64,000 nt of DNA from Piromyces finnis finn (lineage: Eukaryota; Fungi; Neocallimastigomycota). The notes beneath the pieces are model-generated. The model was not told where the DNA came from and made no database searches. It was given only the letters and a program-made list of their open reading frames with translations. Positions 32,960-49,788 of the stretch are shown here, piece by piece. The DNA lies in NCBI GenBank assembly GCA_002104945.1, contig MCFH01000009.1:372001-436000 (forward strand), in the 5' to 3' direction. The position numbers and the translations under genes were made by a program. Each line of letters starts with the position of its first letter. Within the stretch, counting starts at the first letter, position 1.

Positions 32960-34555
32960 TTTTTTTTTTTTTTACTCCTTAAAAATTAATTCTAATTTAT
33001 TTCTTTTATTCCAATATCTACTTTTTTATATTTTTCCAATTTTAACTCTCTATATTAAATATAAATAAATAAATTGTTATTATACACTATAAAATTAAAA
33101 TGTATAGATATATAATATTTATCATCTTTCATATTATCATTATCATTATTTTAAAAGTATACTCTATAAATTATTTTAATTATTAATGATATATGTTTTA
33201 AATGGATAATACATTACTGTTAAATCATTAAAACAAAATGTTAAAAATAGATAATGGAAATATTTCCAGAATTGAAAATATAAGAAAAAAAATAATACTA
33301 TATAGTATACTATTAAATGGGATTCAATAAATATTTCTATATTTTAATTTAACAGTATATGAAAAAAGAGTTTTTTTTTTTTTTTACAGAAACTAAAAAA
33401 TTAAATATTAACTATTCTATATAATAATTAGAATAGATAGTTAATAAAAGATTAAAATAAATAAAATAATTATATGTGTTTTTTCATAAAATTATTATTT
33501 TTACTATTATTATTATCATTATTTACAAATTATTATAATTACTTTATTGTTGTTATTATTTTACTAAAACCATAATCATTAGTATTTTTAATAATAATAG
33601 ATTAAGAATAATAAACTTTTTAAATTTTATTTTAAATAAAATTAGGATTGAAAGATATATAATCTCTTATTCATTTATTTTAAGAAAAAAATATTGACAT
33701 AATAACTATATAACTATATATAAAAAGAATATATACAATGCTATAAATATTTGTATATTATTTATACAAATACATTTTATAGAATAATTTAAAAAAAATA
33801 AAAAATTTAAATATATTGAATATTAATCATATATATAAAAGAAATCTGTCATTTAAACATTTAACCTTTTCATTAAATCTTAATTAAATCTAAGAAAGAA
33901 AAAAAAGAATAATTGTATATTAGATAAAATTAAATATATAATATGCATATTTTATACATATATAACATTTAACTAATTAAGGTGACATTTTTGAATAATA
34001 TTTTAAAAGTTTTACCTAAAAAAAAATTTAAAGTTTATAAATGTTTATTAGAAAAAAAATTTTTTTTTCTATATTTGTTTATACTTTTTTTTATTTTTTT
34101 TATTTTACTTAATCACTTTTATTTCTTTTATTATTTTTTATTATAATTTACTATCCATTATTCTATATTTTATAGTATTAATTTATTATAATCCAAAAAA
34201 TAATATATAAAAATATATTTTTTTAATAATTATTTTTAATTTGAATTTGAATGCCATATTATAAAAATAATTAATTCCATATGTTATTAAATTAGCTAAA
34301 TAAAATATAAAACTAATAGTAATGGAAAATAAAGAAATTATAATTTATGGACTATTTAAGAGTAAATTTAAGAGTAAAAATCATAAATTATTTCTATTAC
34401 TTTATTAAATTTTTAAAACCTAACCATTATTTTTAAAACTAAAATTTTAAATTAAAATGGAAAAAAGGGAAAATATATAAAAGAAATAAAATCTCAAAAT
34501 AAAATTGTATAATAGTAAAAAGCAATTAAGGATATTATCAAGATAAAAATAATTG

Positions 34556-34657
<102 letters not shown>

Positions 34658-35939
34658 ACTATCATCATTATTAAATATATCTTAAATATAGTCTTATTAA
34701 TAAAAAAATATGAAATACTTTTTTTATTTTTATTCTTTGTATTTTTATTTTAATTATTTTTTTCTTGTATTAATAGAATTAAAAATATATATTATTTTAA
34801 ATGGTTATGTAAATAATTTTGAATAATATTAATAGAAGTTTTAATTATCAATATTGATACATTTAATTTTTAATAAAATTCAAAATTTATCAGTAAATAG
34901 AGTTTTTTTGATTTTTCTTTTGTGGTCTTTAACAATTAATTTACTTTTATTATTTCATCAATATAACTATTTTTATATATTTTAAATTTATTAATAGTTT
35001 ATAACAATGTTCATTTACTAGAAGGTACAATTTTATTCTTGAAGATATTAATGGCTAATAAAGATACTAATATTAAGTATGTACATTTTTTTTTCTTGTT
35101 AGAATTCTTTTTATCTTTTAACAAGAAAAAAAAAACTAGATACTTTTTTGAATCATAAGATTATTTTTATATAAGCGTTCATTAAACTATGAATCTAAAT
35201 TTTTATCATCATTTTATTCCTGGTTTTTATTACTATTTCAATTTATTATTATTATTATTATTATTATTACTAATGATTAGGATTCTAGGCCATTGAAATA
35301 TTCTTTGCAAATATTAAAATTTATTAATCATGTATCAATTCACTATATTATTTTGACCATATTACTACTCCAATGGTATAAGCAGCAATAAAATTACCTA
35401 GATCTAACAAATATACCTAAATTTACCAACTTTTACATCCAATTTTATTTATTCTAACACTTTAAATAATTTCTTCATATTCATAACTAACCAAAAAAAA
35501 AAAAAAAAAAAAAAAAAATAAAATAAAATACCTACTTTTAAATATTACACCATTTTTATTTCAACAATGTTAACATAGTCATTATTTATATCTATTAAAT
35601 ACCTTTCTTATTTATAATAACCTTAATTTTATCAATTCCTGTTAAATAAAAATATACACAATTGCAACTCATTTTTTTTTAATAATTATACCAAAATTAT
35701 TTATAGTTTTTTATATTTGTTATTTTTATTTATTTTTTATTTGTTTGTTTGTTCTTTGTATACTGAATTAAAACATCTATACTTATTAAACAACATTTGT
35801 TTGCTAATAATTATAGATATTTCTTAAATAAAAAATATTCGGATATATTAATTATGAATGTGATATTTAGTTCACATTTATATTATTTTATGATGTATAT
35901 TACTGTTATTATTATGTTTTTAATTTATATTCTAAGATT

Positions 35940-37047
<1,108 letters not shown>

Positions 37048-39820
37048 TTTTTATTATAAATAAAGTTTTTTTTATTTACTTTATAAAAAACAAAAAGTAA
37101 AAAAGAAAAAAAAAAAGAAAAATTCTTTTTAGCTATAAATTTTTACTTATATACATCTTTTTTTTTTTTTTTTATTTATATCAAAATATTTCGTCAAATA
37201 ATAAAAATACTATAATTACATAATAAATATATTGTATAATATATAATATTATTTATTTTATATTTATAATTTACAATCCATATATAAACTAAATTAAATA
37301 ATATAAGAAATTTAAATATATAATAAAAATTAATATAAATGTATTTTACATAATAAAAATCATTAAAATTATTTAAGCAATTGATTTAATATATTAATAT
37401 ATTATATATTATCCAATTTTATATAAATTATATTTATGATATAATAAATGATTTTTTTCCAAAATATATTCAATAGAATAAAATGGTAAAAAATTTAATT
37501 TGAATTTGATGGAATGTGTATATTGATCTATTTATTAAAAGTATACTAATTATTGATTAATATATATTATCTTTTTTAAATCATTATATATATTATATTA
37601 TATTTAATATATAATAAATAATTCTCATTACGAATTGATTATGTAATATATATAATATAATAAAAATTTATTAAATATATTTTAAATAAAATAAAAAAAG
37701 TTCAAATTAAAAAAAAATAAAACTGAATAAATTTTAATATAGCCTCAAAAAAACAAAACATAAAAACACAAATTGATACCTACCACCACCTATCATTACT
37801 CATTACTACTTTAAAGAGCAGTAGACACTCGTAGTTACTATTTAATATTTATCAATAAAAACTACTAATGTAGAATAATTATAAATAATTACTAAGAATA
37901 TAGTAAAAATTATGTAATTCATAATAAAACCCAAAAAATTAGTTCAATTATATGGCTTGAATGAAAATTTTTTCTTATTTTTTTTTTACAAAATAAATAT
38001 ATATTGATATCAAATAATAATAATATTCTAATAGCATAGTTTATTATTAGTAAAAAAAACAATAAAATAACTAATAATAGTGATTAATTTTCAAATACCA
38101 TCAAATGGCCTAATAATTTAAAAATAAAATAAAACTTACCATAATAATTAGTTTCCACCAATAAAGTTAAAATATATTATCTTTCACAAGCCACTAATGA
38201 TGAAAATATGATAAATATTTATTAAAAACGGAAATAAAAATGGACATTTTTAGTGAGTGAATTTATACAATGGTAAGGTGTGTGCTAATTATTGTGTAAT
38301 AGTGGTGGTGACTTTGAAAGTAAAATAGAAATTGTAATTATGGAATAACTCAAAAAAAAAAAAAAAAAAAAAAAAGAAATGCAACCTTTCTTTTATATAA
38401 AAAATATAAATAAACCAATTTTATTTTTTTATTAATAAAAATAACTTTAATTCTTCCATAATAATAAAAAAGGAAAGTAATGACCAAAACAGCTTTTGTA
38501 TCCAACCAACAATAAACATTTATATTTATATACTAAAAAAAAAAAACATAAATGAAGATATTTTTCATAAATAATAACAAATGAATGAATTTTCTGTTTG
38601 TTTTCTCATCATCTATAAAAAACTTTATATTTGAACAATTCTTATTCTCCTTGTATATATTTAAGACATAACTTTCTAATTTATATTAAAAATAAAAAGT
38701 AAGGTGTAGTTTATGAGTTGCTTTAAAACATATATTATGTTTATGCATTAATTTAAATATAATCTAGTGATTGCTGCTTATATTTTTTTTAATGAATATT
38801 AAATGTAGTTTTGAGGTTTTTTACATTGACAGTAACTGATATTATATCAATAATAATAGTTATTTGTTAAATTCCATTTAATAAAATCATTTAAAAATCA
38901 ATATTTTTTTTGACGTTCCTTTTAATTTGTTCATTTATAAATGGATAAGCATTAATAATATTATTTCAAAAAAAATATTTATATTGTAATTATTATACAT
39001 CTCTGTTATTAAAAACAATATTACAGTATTATTTAAGAATGCCTAAATTGATACTATTATTGAATTTCTTTTAAAAAAGTTTAAAAAAGATATTGAGTAC
39101 TAATACTATTAATACTATTTTATTTGAAATATATAAAATTTAAATATTGTTTATTAAATAAATGATTAATTTTTATTGTGTTAATATTTATAGTACATGG
39201 ATTGTTTAAAAATAAAAGAAAATACATTTCAACGATAATAAAATATAAAATAATTATAATATAAAAAAATATATTGATGGATAATTTATAATTATTTAAA
39301 TAAATAAATAAATAAGTAGATAAATAAATAATAGATTTATATACTTTATTACATTTTAATACAAAAATTAATTACAATTAAAATATTATGTAATTAAACA
39401 AATAATAAACTATTAATAAATAATTAAAAATTTTTAGTATTAAGTATAATTTAATATAAACTTAAAAAAATTAATTATATTTCATATTATTAAAATTAAA
39501 AAAAAATTACAAAAAATGTATATTTAGATTTTTAAATAATTTTTAATATTATTTTTTAAAAATAAAATTGTATTAATATTAATAATAATAAAAATAAAAA
39601 AAGATCATAAAAATAATATTGAATCATTGAAGTTAGTACAATTAAAATTAAAGGTATACAATCATTATCAATATAACTGAATAAGTAAAAAACAATTAAC
39701 AAAATAATACAAATAATTATTTGTAATACATCAATAAAGTCAACTCAACTATAATTGTATATATATTATCAAACTATTATTATTAATGTATACACCTATT
39801 TATTTAATTAAAATATTAGA

Positions 39821-40267
39821 ATGGATGCAAATAAGGAAATAAAGGATGTTGAAATGGAAGTTGTTAAAACTCCAGAAGAAGAACAAAAGGAATTATTAAA
39901 TTTATTATTAGCAGGTATATTTAATAAAATTTATAATAATATATATAAGTGATTCATTAAATGGAGCAATCATTTAATCAATTAATATTTTTTTGTTAAT
40001 AAAATTAATGAAAAAAAGATTACTTTATTATTAATTATATAAGCATATTTAAATGTTAATAAATATATATTTATTAATATATATTTATAATATTATCGAT
40101 AGTTTTTTTTCTTACTCTTATAGTATTATAGTATTATTGTATTTAAGTTTGATTTTTTAAAAAAATGTGAATGATTATTATCCATTCATGAATTATAATG
40201 GTAATTATACCATTATAGATACACTTGTTTTTCAATAACTTATTAAAATTAAATTTCAAATAAATTT

Positions 40268-40306
<39 letters not shown>

Positions 40307-42359
40307 TTAAATGAAAAAAAATAATTTAATTTTAATATTTATAATATATTCTTAATATATATATATTGAATAATGTAGATATTAAGCAAAATATCTTAAA
40401 TTTGGAAAAGGCTGTAAACAATATTGAAACTCGTTTTATTACTAGAGTTTTAAGAACTTTCCCAAGTGTTAGAAGAAGAATAACTGATGTTGCTTTAGCT
40501 AAAGTTATTAATATACATGTTCCACAAGGTATAAAATTTGAAAATATATATTTTATACTTTAAAAAAAATAGTTTATAAATATGATAAAATATTTAATAT
40601 TTGAAATTTCATTATAATTATTAACATTAATGTATAATATTTTAATGAAAAGATGAACAAGTTAAATCCGTTTTATTAAAATATATTGGAAAAGTAAATT
40701 CATAATGCTAAAACCATAAAATATATAAATTAAACGTAATATATATAAATATTTACTAATCTTGAAATTTTATAATATAATATTACCTTGTTATATATAA
40801 AATCAAAAATGAAAAAATTTATTACCATATCAAACAATAATATTTCAAAAATAAAATAATTTTAAATTTATTATTTCAAATTTTAATTGGAAATTAAAAA
40901 AGGAATCTGAAACAATGGAAGTTGATCAAGACTCTAACGAAACAACCCAATTAAAAGAATTCCTTCCAGAAGTTGAAACTTATTTATATTTATTAGTTTT
41001 AATCTATCTTCATGATAAGAAGGAATATGAAAAGGTAGATATAACTTGAAGAATAAATTTTAAATGGATTTCATATATAAGATTTTTATTAGTATATTTG
41101 AATACGCATTTTTAAATATTTAATAATTTTTTAAACATTTAATTAAATAATCAAAATAAATATTTATTTAATAGTAACAACAATAATTTCATAATACTAA
41201 TACTAATACTAATACTAATACTAATACTAATACTAATACTAATACTAATACTAATACTAATACTAATACTAATACTAATACAAATTAATAAATAAATAAA
41301 ATCGATATATTTAAAAAGGGTGCTGAATTAGCTGGAAGCTTTGTTCAAAGAGTTCTTTCTTTCAACAGACGTACTATGGATATGTTAGCAGCAAAATTCT
41401 ATTTCTACTATTCAAGATTCTTTGAATTAACTAACCGTTTATCTTCCATTAGAACGTAAATATGAATTCATAAGAAAATTTATGTATAAATAATTTTTAT
41501 AGTTAATGGTCATTATTAAAATTATTATAATATTAGTACTCTTCTTGCTGTTCAAAGAACCACAGCTTTAAGACATGATAATGAATCTCAAGTAAGTAAT
41601 CTACCTTTTTTTTTATATGATAAGAGATTATTAATGAAAAACCTAATTTGTATTTTTATTAATTATTTTTAGGCTACCGTTTTAAATCTTTTATTAAGAA
41701 ATTACTTACATTACAATTTAGTTGAACAAGCTGATAAACTTGTACTTAAGACTACTTTCCCTGAAGAAGCTAGCAATAATCAATTTGCTCGTTATATGTT
41801 ATATTTAGGTCGTATTAAGGCTATTCAACTTGATTACACTTCTGCTAATCGTTACTTATTACAAGCTATAAGAAAAGCTCCACAAACAACTAAGACCGTT
41901 GGTTTTCTTCAAGCTGTAAATTTCATTTATTTTATCTACTATTATAATAAAGTGATTTATTCTGATTATTAAAATGTAAATTCATTCATTAAATATTGAA
42001 TATTGCTTTGTACATGTTATACCATAGGCCAATAAATTATCTATTATTGTTCAAATTTTAATGGGAGAAATTCCAGCAAAGTCTGTTTTCAAACAACCAG
42101 AATTAAAGAAATCTCTTGAACCATATTTCCATATTACTCAAGGTAATAATAATTAATATAAACTTGAACTTGAATATAAATATAATAATATAATAATAAC
42201 AAAATAATAAAACCAGTAATAGTTGTAATAATAATAATAATAATAATAAACATAATAAACATAATAATAATAATAATAATAATAATAAACATAATAATAA
42301 TAATAATAATAAACATAATAATAATAATAATAATAAACATAATAATAATAATAATAAAC

Positions 42360-42407
<48 letters not shown>

Positions 42408-43300
42408 GTAACAACAACAAAAATAATAGTAAAAATAGTAATAATAATAAAATAGCAAGGATGAAAATTATTTATTCTTTTTTTTTTTTTATATGTTATT
42501 ATCTATTTAATAATCATATCATTTATATAAAAATACATTAATATATTTGCGAATTAGCTGTACGTGTTGGTGATTTAACAAAGTTTAAGGAAACATTAAA
42601 TAAATACACTCCAGTTTTCCGTGCTGATAACACATACACTTTAATTTTAAGGTAAAGATTTATATATTTAAGAAAAATCTTTTTTCATTATAAAATTGAA
42701 TATTTAATGTATTTTTTTTTTTAAATTTTAATAAATTTGTTGTTGCTAGATTACGTCATAATGTTATTAAGACCGGTATTCGTATGATTAGTTTATCCTA
42801 CTCTAGAATATCGTTATGCGATATTTGTCTTAAATTACAATTAGATAGCGAAGAAGATGCTGAATATATTATTGCCAAGGCTATTCGTGATGGTGTTATT
42901 GATGCTACTATTAATCACGAAGAAGGTTATATGAAGTCAAAGGAAATTGTTGATATATATTCTACCAATGAACCACAAGAAGCTTTCAATGAATGCATTA
43001 CTTTCTGTTTGAACCTTCGTAATGAATCTGTTAAGGTATTATATTATTCATGATGATGATGATGCGATATCATACATTAAATATAATTTCTGTTATAGTT
43101 TTGAATTTTTTGAAAAATGAATAACAGATTAATTTAATTTTTATTTTAATTTTTATTTTCACTAGGCCATGCGTTTCCCATCTAATTCTTATAGAAAGGA
43201 ATTAGCATCTGCCAAGGAAATAGATGATGAAGAACGTAAATTAGCAAAGGAAATTGAAGATGGTGAATTAGATGATGATAGTATGGATGATGACTATTAA
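39821..43300 (+). CDS. RPN3: 26S proteasome lid subunit Rpn3/PSMD3, multi-exon
   Basis: [118 protein letters not shown]; stop at 43300. Confidence 0.96.
41211..41280. repeat. Intronic (ACTAAT)n hexamer array
   Basis: Direct reading; RPN3 intron. Confidence 0.9.
42225..42410. repeat. Intronic compound (AAT)n with periodic AAACAT interruptions
   Basis: Direct reading; RPN3 intron; source of three spurious ORFs. Confidence 0.9.
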
Positions 43301-43693
43301 GAAGAAAATAAATCCATGCAATTAAATATCTATTTCATAGTCAACTTAATCAATGCATCCTATTTAATATTCTATTTCAATGTATAAAAGATTTTTAATA
43401 GATAAACCATTGATGTTTGCCTAAAAAATAATTATTAAATCATCCTCATCCTCATTTATTTTCTTTATTCTTTATTTTTTTATAATTATAAATAAAAAAA
43501 TAACATAAAATAAAAAATATAATAATAATAATAATAAAATAAATTAATAAAAAATCAAAATAAAAAATAAAGCAAATATTAAATTAATATTCCATGACAT
43601 ATATTTTTCATCCAAAATAAAAAAAAAATACATACTAACACAAAAACAAAAAAATATATATAAAAAAAAAACAAAAAACAAAAACAAAAATAA

Positions 43694-43728
<35 letters not shown>

Positions 43729-45912
43729 TACACAAATATTCAGTATTGAAAAAAGGTCCGTTTTCTTTAATGAAGTAAATTATTAAAATAAATAAATAAA
43801 AATAAATATTAAAAAAATTAAGTATTGAAAAGTCAATTAAGTAATATTAATATTGATAAAGAAAGCAACGGTTATGTAATGATTTTCAACTAATAATTAA
43901 TAGTTTAACTTTTTTTTTTTAATTGAATTATATCATGGTTTTTGACAGATCTGCTTTTTTTTTTTTGTAGAGTATGTATAGTATTAAGAATATGGTAATA
44001 ATCATTATTATTTTTAATAATCTATTACACACATATGCCTACACATTCCCTCTCATACATACTTTACTTGCATTTTATAAAAAATTCAATTAAAAAAATC
44101 AATTAAAAATTTTTAATTTTTTTTATATTATTATTATTAATTAATATATCACACACCAAAATTAGAATTATAAAAATTAATTAGAGGTATAAATATTTAT
44201 TATATTAAAATAGAATTATTTTAATAATGATATATTTTTATATATTAAATAATAGTATTAATAAATTAATTTTTAAAAGACTTTTTTTAATAACTTTAAA
44301 AATTATTTCTATATATTAACAAATATATAGGATTAAATTGAATTTAATTAAAATATTCAATTAATATATTAATAATATATATTTTAATTGATTATATTGA
44401 AATTAAATAAATGGAATATCCATTTTGACTTTAGATTAAATTATTATATCAATTATATATATTAAAGAATATATTTATATAAATTCGAAAGTTTAATTAT
44501 TTATTCAATGTATTAAACATTCTAAAATATGATTCGTTGAAAAACTACGTAGAACGTAATTCCTTTAATTAATTAATATCTTTTCATTTATAATAAATAT
44601 TAGAAAATAACCAAATAAATAAATAATTTAATATTATTGTTGGTGTTATTGTTGCGGTAGTGGTAGTAGTAGCAGTGGTGGTTATGTTCATTAAATATCG
44701 TTTTATTTAAAAAACAACAGAACAGAGAAATAAATGGTTCTAAAGTTGTACTAATCAAAGTTATTGTTATTTCTCTGCTTATAAAGTTTGGCTTTATATT
44801 TATTAAAAATTTATTAATAAAAACCTATTAATGATTATTAAATAATTAAAGCTGGTGTTTTTTTTTTTTTTTTTTTTTAATAAGTCTAAATTATAAATAT
44901 ATTTTAATATATTATTTAGTATAATATATTAATTCATTTATATTATTCTTTTTTAGAATTACTATTTTATTATAAAAATAAAAATTATTTATTATAAAAA
45001 TTATATAATATTTTTTTTAATAATTTATTATTATTAGTGAGGTAAATTTAAAAAAGATTAATAATTTTTTATTATAAAAATTATTTATTTATTTTTTTTT
45101 TATTTTAAATAATTTTTTTTTATTATTATTATTCATAGTTTAAAAAATAAAAAAAAAAAAAGAAAATTATTATTTTTACAAAACAAAGAAATCAATCAAA
45201 CAAAATAAAAGAAATAATAAAAAAAAAAAGAGAAACTCTATAAGAATAACAAAATATTTCATTTTTTTTTGTATAATAATTAGAATCTTTAAAGTATTAC
45301 AAATAATTTAAAAAGACAAATCATATTGAAAAAATAAAAACGAAACAAACTATATTAGATTTAATTTTTATAAGATTATTTTATAAGTACTTATTCCTAT
45401 TTTTATTATTTTATTACATATATATTTTTTAATATACGTTATTATTATTATTATTATTATTTTAAAAATGTGTTAAAAAGAAAAATAAATTGAAATATTG
45501 TTTAGAGGCATAACAATGAAAATTTTTAAAAATAAATAGTGAAAAGTAAACTAGTAAATAAAAAAAAAATAAATAATATTGAAAGAATTAAAACTATATT
45601 TTATTTTGTTTATATTTTGTTGCTATTTTACAGTAAAAAAAAATAATATAGGGTTTATTTATTGAATGAAATAAATAAGATAAAACATAGTAGTAATGTT
45701 TATTTGATAGAGAAATTTAAATTTTTTTTTTTTTATTGAAAACGTATAGAAATTTCAATAATTGATAAAACATTAAATATCTTTAATGTATTTTACTTTT
45801 CTTTATTATACACACCTTTTATTCTCAAATACAATAAATAAAAATAATGATAGTAGTAAAAATTATATTTTATGTAAGAAATTAAAAAACCCACACTAAA
45901 TTAACAACAATA

Positions 45913-45953
<41 letters not shown>

Positions 45954-46140
45954 TATAAATTCCTTTATGTCAATTAACCATAATAATAAATGGTTTTATA
46001 TATTTTGAAAATGATATATTAAAAATATTTATAATATTTATATATTATTTAAAATGAAAAAAAAAATAATAAATTTATTAATTATTTTTTTATTTTTATA
46101 TTCCCCCAAAAATATAAAGCGCACATATACATAAATCATA

Positions 46141-48135
46141 ATGTCAGTAAACATAAACGCTTTGAGTCAACAACTTCAAAACACTACTATAAGGTAATTA
46201 AAATTACAAAACATAATTGTTTTAATTACAAAAGTAATATTATTTGATCAAAGACCCATTCAATGCAAAAAGTAAATGAAATATTTAAAAAAATAGTAAT
46301 TTCAATTTATGAACGTTATAATTGATCAAAACAAAAAATGAATCAACCATTTATATAAAGTTATAACTTTCAACAATAATTTTATAGTCATGATAAATTA
46401 GTTTTTTTTAAATATGAAGAAAGTACTTGCGTACCATTAATAAATAATTCTAATTATGTTAAAAAAATAGAGAGTTATAAAGAAACAACATGAAACAATA
46501 TATTAATTAAATATTTTTTTTATTATTCATAAAGTGATTCTGATAAGTCATGGAAGAGTCAATTAAAATTACCACCAAAGGATTTACGTCCAAAAACTGA
46601 AGATGTTACTGCTACTAAGGGTAATGAATTTGAAGATTACTATTTAAAACGTAAGCTTTTAATGGGAATTTTTGAAGCCGGTTTTGAAAAACCATCCCCA
46701 ATTCAAGAAGAATCTATACCAATTGCTTTAGCTGGAAGAGATATTCTTGCTAGAGCTAAGAATGGTACTGGTAAAACTGCTGCTTTTGTTATACCCGCTT
46801 TGGAAAAGGTTGACAATAAGAAGGACTATATTCAAGGTAATAATTAATTTATATCATTAGAAATGAAAAAAAGTTACCTTTTTAGTGTTGTATTTTAAAG
46901 ATTTATAATACTTTTTTTTTGTTTATAGCTGCTGTTCTTGTTCCAACTAGAGAACTCGCTTTACAAACTTCTCAAGTTTTTAAGACTCTCGGAAAGCACC
47001 TCAATGTTAAGATTATGGTTACTACTGGTGGTACTACCTTAAAGGATGATATTCTTCGTTTAGGAGAAACTGGTATGTATATTATATAGATACAATAGAT
47101 TCATGGTCATTGTTGATTCTAGCGATTTACTAATATATTAATATTTTTATAGTTCACATTCTTGTTGGTACACCAGGTCGTATGCTCGATCTTGCTGGTA
47201 AGGGTGTAGCTAATCTTTCCCAATGTGGAGTTTTAATTATGGATGAAGCTGATAAGTTACTTTCACCAGAATTCCAACCAATTGTTGAACAATTAATTTC
47301 CCACTTCCCAGAAAATAGACAAATTTTATTATATTCTGCTACCTTCCCAATTATTGTCAAGAATTTCAAAGATAAATTCCTTAAGGAACCTTATGAAATT
47401 AATCTTATGGACGAACTTACTCTTAGAGGTGTCACTCAATACTATGCTTATGTCGAAGAAAGACAAAAGGTTCACTGCTTAAATACATTATTCTCCAAGG
47501 TATGTCATAGTATTCTAAATATTGTCATTTAATGATTTTTATATTGAGATCGTATAACTTATTTTATTTTTATATTTGATATAAAAAGTTACAAATCAAC
47601 CAATCTATCATTTTCTGTAATTCTACTAGTCGTGTCGAATTACTTGCTAAGAAAATTACTGAACTCGGTTACTCTTGTTTCTACATTCATGCTAAGATGT
47701 TACAATCCCACCGTAACAGAGTTTTCCACGATTTCAGAAATGGAAAGTGCCGTAATCTTGTTTGTTCTGGTAAGCAAGAAAAATATAATATATTTTTTTC
47801 TTTATATATATATAAAGGATGAACCATTCTCCAATATTTTTTTTTCATTTTATATTAACCTTTTTTTTTATTTTATAATTAAAGATCTTTTAACCAGAGG
47901 TATTGATATTCAAGCTGTTAATGTTGTTATTAACTTTGATTTCCCAAAGAACGCTGAAACCTATCTTCACAGAATTGGTCGTTCAGGTCGTTTTGGTCAC
48001 TTAGGTTTAGCTATTAACCTTATTACTTATGATGATCGTTTCAATTTATACAGAATTGAACAAGAATTAGGTACTGAAATCCAATCCATACCACCAGTTA
48101 TCGACAAAAACTTATACGTTGCTCCAAGTGTTTAA
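46141..48135 (+). CDS. DHH1: DEAD-box RNA helicase Dhh1/DDX6
   Basis: [72 protein letters not shown]; stop at 48135. Confidence 0.97.
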
Positions 48136-49788
48136 ATTTAATTTTTTATCACTTTAAAAATAAATTATTAATATAAATTATAATTTTTAATTTTAATTTA
48201 AATTATTATTATTATTTTTCTTTCATTTTTGTTAGCTCTTTTATTTTTATTTAATTAATTTATATCACATTATATCATCATTAATATTACATCTTATAGA
48301 TAGTTGTTTGATTATTATAATTTGAATTATACTTTTTTATTTTTTTTTTTTTTGATTTTGTTAAAATTTAATTTTAATAAAAATAAAAGAAAGTTAATAA
48401 GAGTTATAGTAAGAAAAAGGGATAAATAAAAATAAAAAGAATAGATAATAAGAAAAATAGAAGAAAAAGAAAATGATAATGTTAATCTTTAAAAAAAAGA
48501 AAAAAAAAATTACATATTAAAAATTACAAAACTTTGATGATGTCATCTAATTACTTTTTTAAGGTACTTTTATAAAAGCAACAACAAAGAAATGTCAAAA
48601 AAAAAATATTAATTAAAAAAAAAAAGACGAAACCTATATAAATCTATAAAAAAAAGTTAAAAAAAAAAAAAAAGAAAAAATCCATCTACGCTATAAAATA
48701 ATAATAAAATGTTAAAAAAATGCAAAAAAAGAAAGAAAAAAAAAAAAAATCCCCTTTCAATATTTTATTATTAATAATTATAAAGTTCGTTTTTAATTAT
48801 TATTTATTGGTAAAGTAGATTTTTTATTTTTTTTTTTAAGGAAGAATTGTTGAAAGTATTTTTTTTTAAAAGGGTTATTAAAAGATAGGTTTAAACACCT
48901 TTTTTTTTTTTTTTAGTATTATAAGAGAAGGTATAAATGATCTTTAATTAAATTGGTATAATAATATTTAATAATATATATATATTAAAGTATTATAAAA
49001 AAAAAAGAAGGGTAAAATTAGTCATATATGTATATTTTAATAAAAATAAAACAACAAAAAAAAAAAAAGTGTGATTATTATATAAAAAGGTTTAATTATT
49101 CATCTATTTTATTATATTTTTTATAATCCAATTTTTAATACTATCCTTTTTTTTTTTTAATGTAGTAAAAGGAAATGCTTTTTTTTTTAAGGTAGCACAA
49201 TTATCTTTTTTCTTTTTATTTTAGTATTAATATAAAAATGAAAATAAGAAGAATTTTAAGTAATAATAATAATGCTATTATTTTTTAATTTAATATTATT
49301 AATAATTTTTTTAATATAAATTAATTTTTCAATTATTTTAAACTTTTTTTTTTTTTTAGTTTTAAAATAATAATTAAATTTTTATTGTGTTAATATATTT
49401 TTATTTTTTTATTTTATATGTAAACCTACTCTATTCTATTATCGATAAATAGTATAATATCATTGACTACTTATTCTTCTTTTTTTTTTTTTTTTATAGT
49501 TTTTATAAAAAAGTAATGAAATACTAATTAAAAGATAAATGGGTAGAATTGAAAATAATATATAATAATTTTAAAAAAAAGTAGTTTCAAAAATCTATAT
49601 ACACAAATATTTAAACTTTTAATATTAAAAAAAGAAATAATAACTGCTAACCAACATCCACATTTAATTTAATAGATAAAAAGAAAAGAAATTAAAGATT
49701 AATTATAAAATAATTCAATACTATTATAAAATTTTAAAAAAGTAAATCGTCCATTTTTTATTTTTATAAAAAAATATATTAAAAGAAA

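Noticed and set aside
38130-38210. Possible ATG|GTAAGT start exon (- strand) and a box C-like ATGATGA
   Set aside because: No downstream coding exon could be joined, and there is no box D (CTGA) at a suitable distance.
46640-46670. DHH1 reads KRKLLMG where KRELLMG is usual
   Set aside because: A single substitution outside the catalytic motifs; could be natural variation or a base error.
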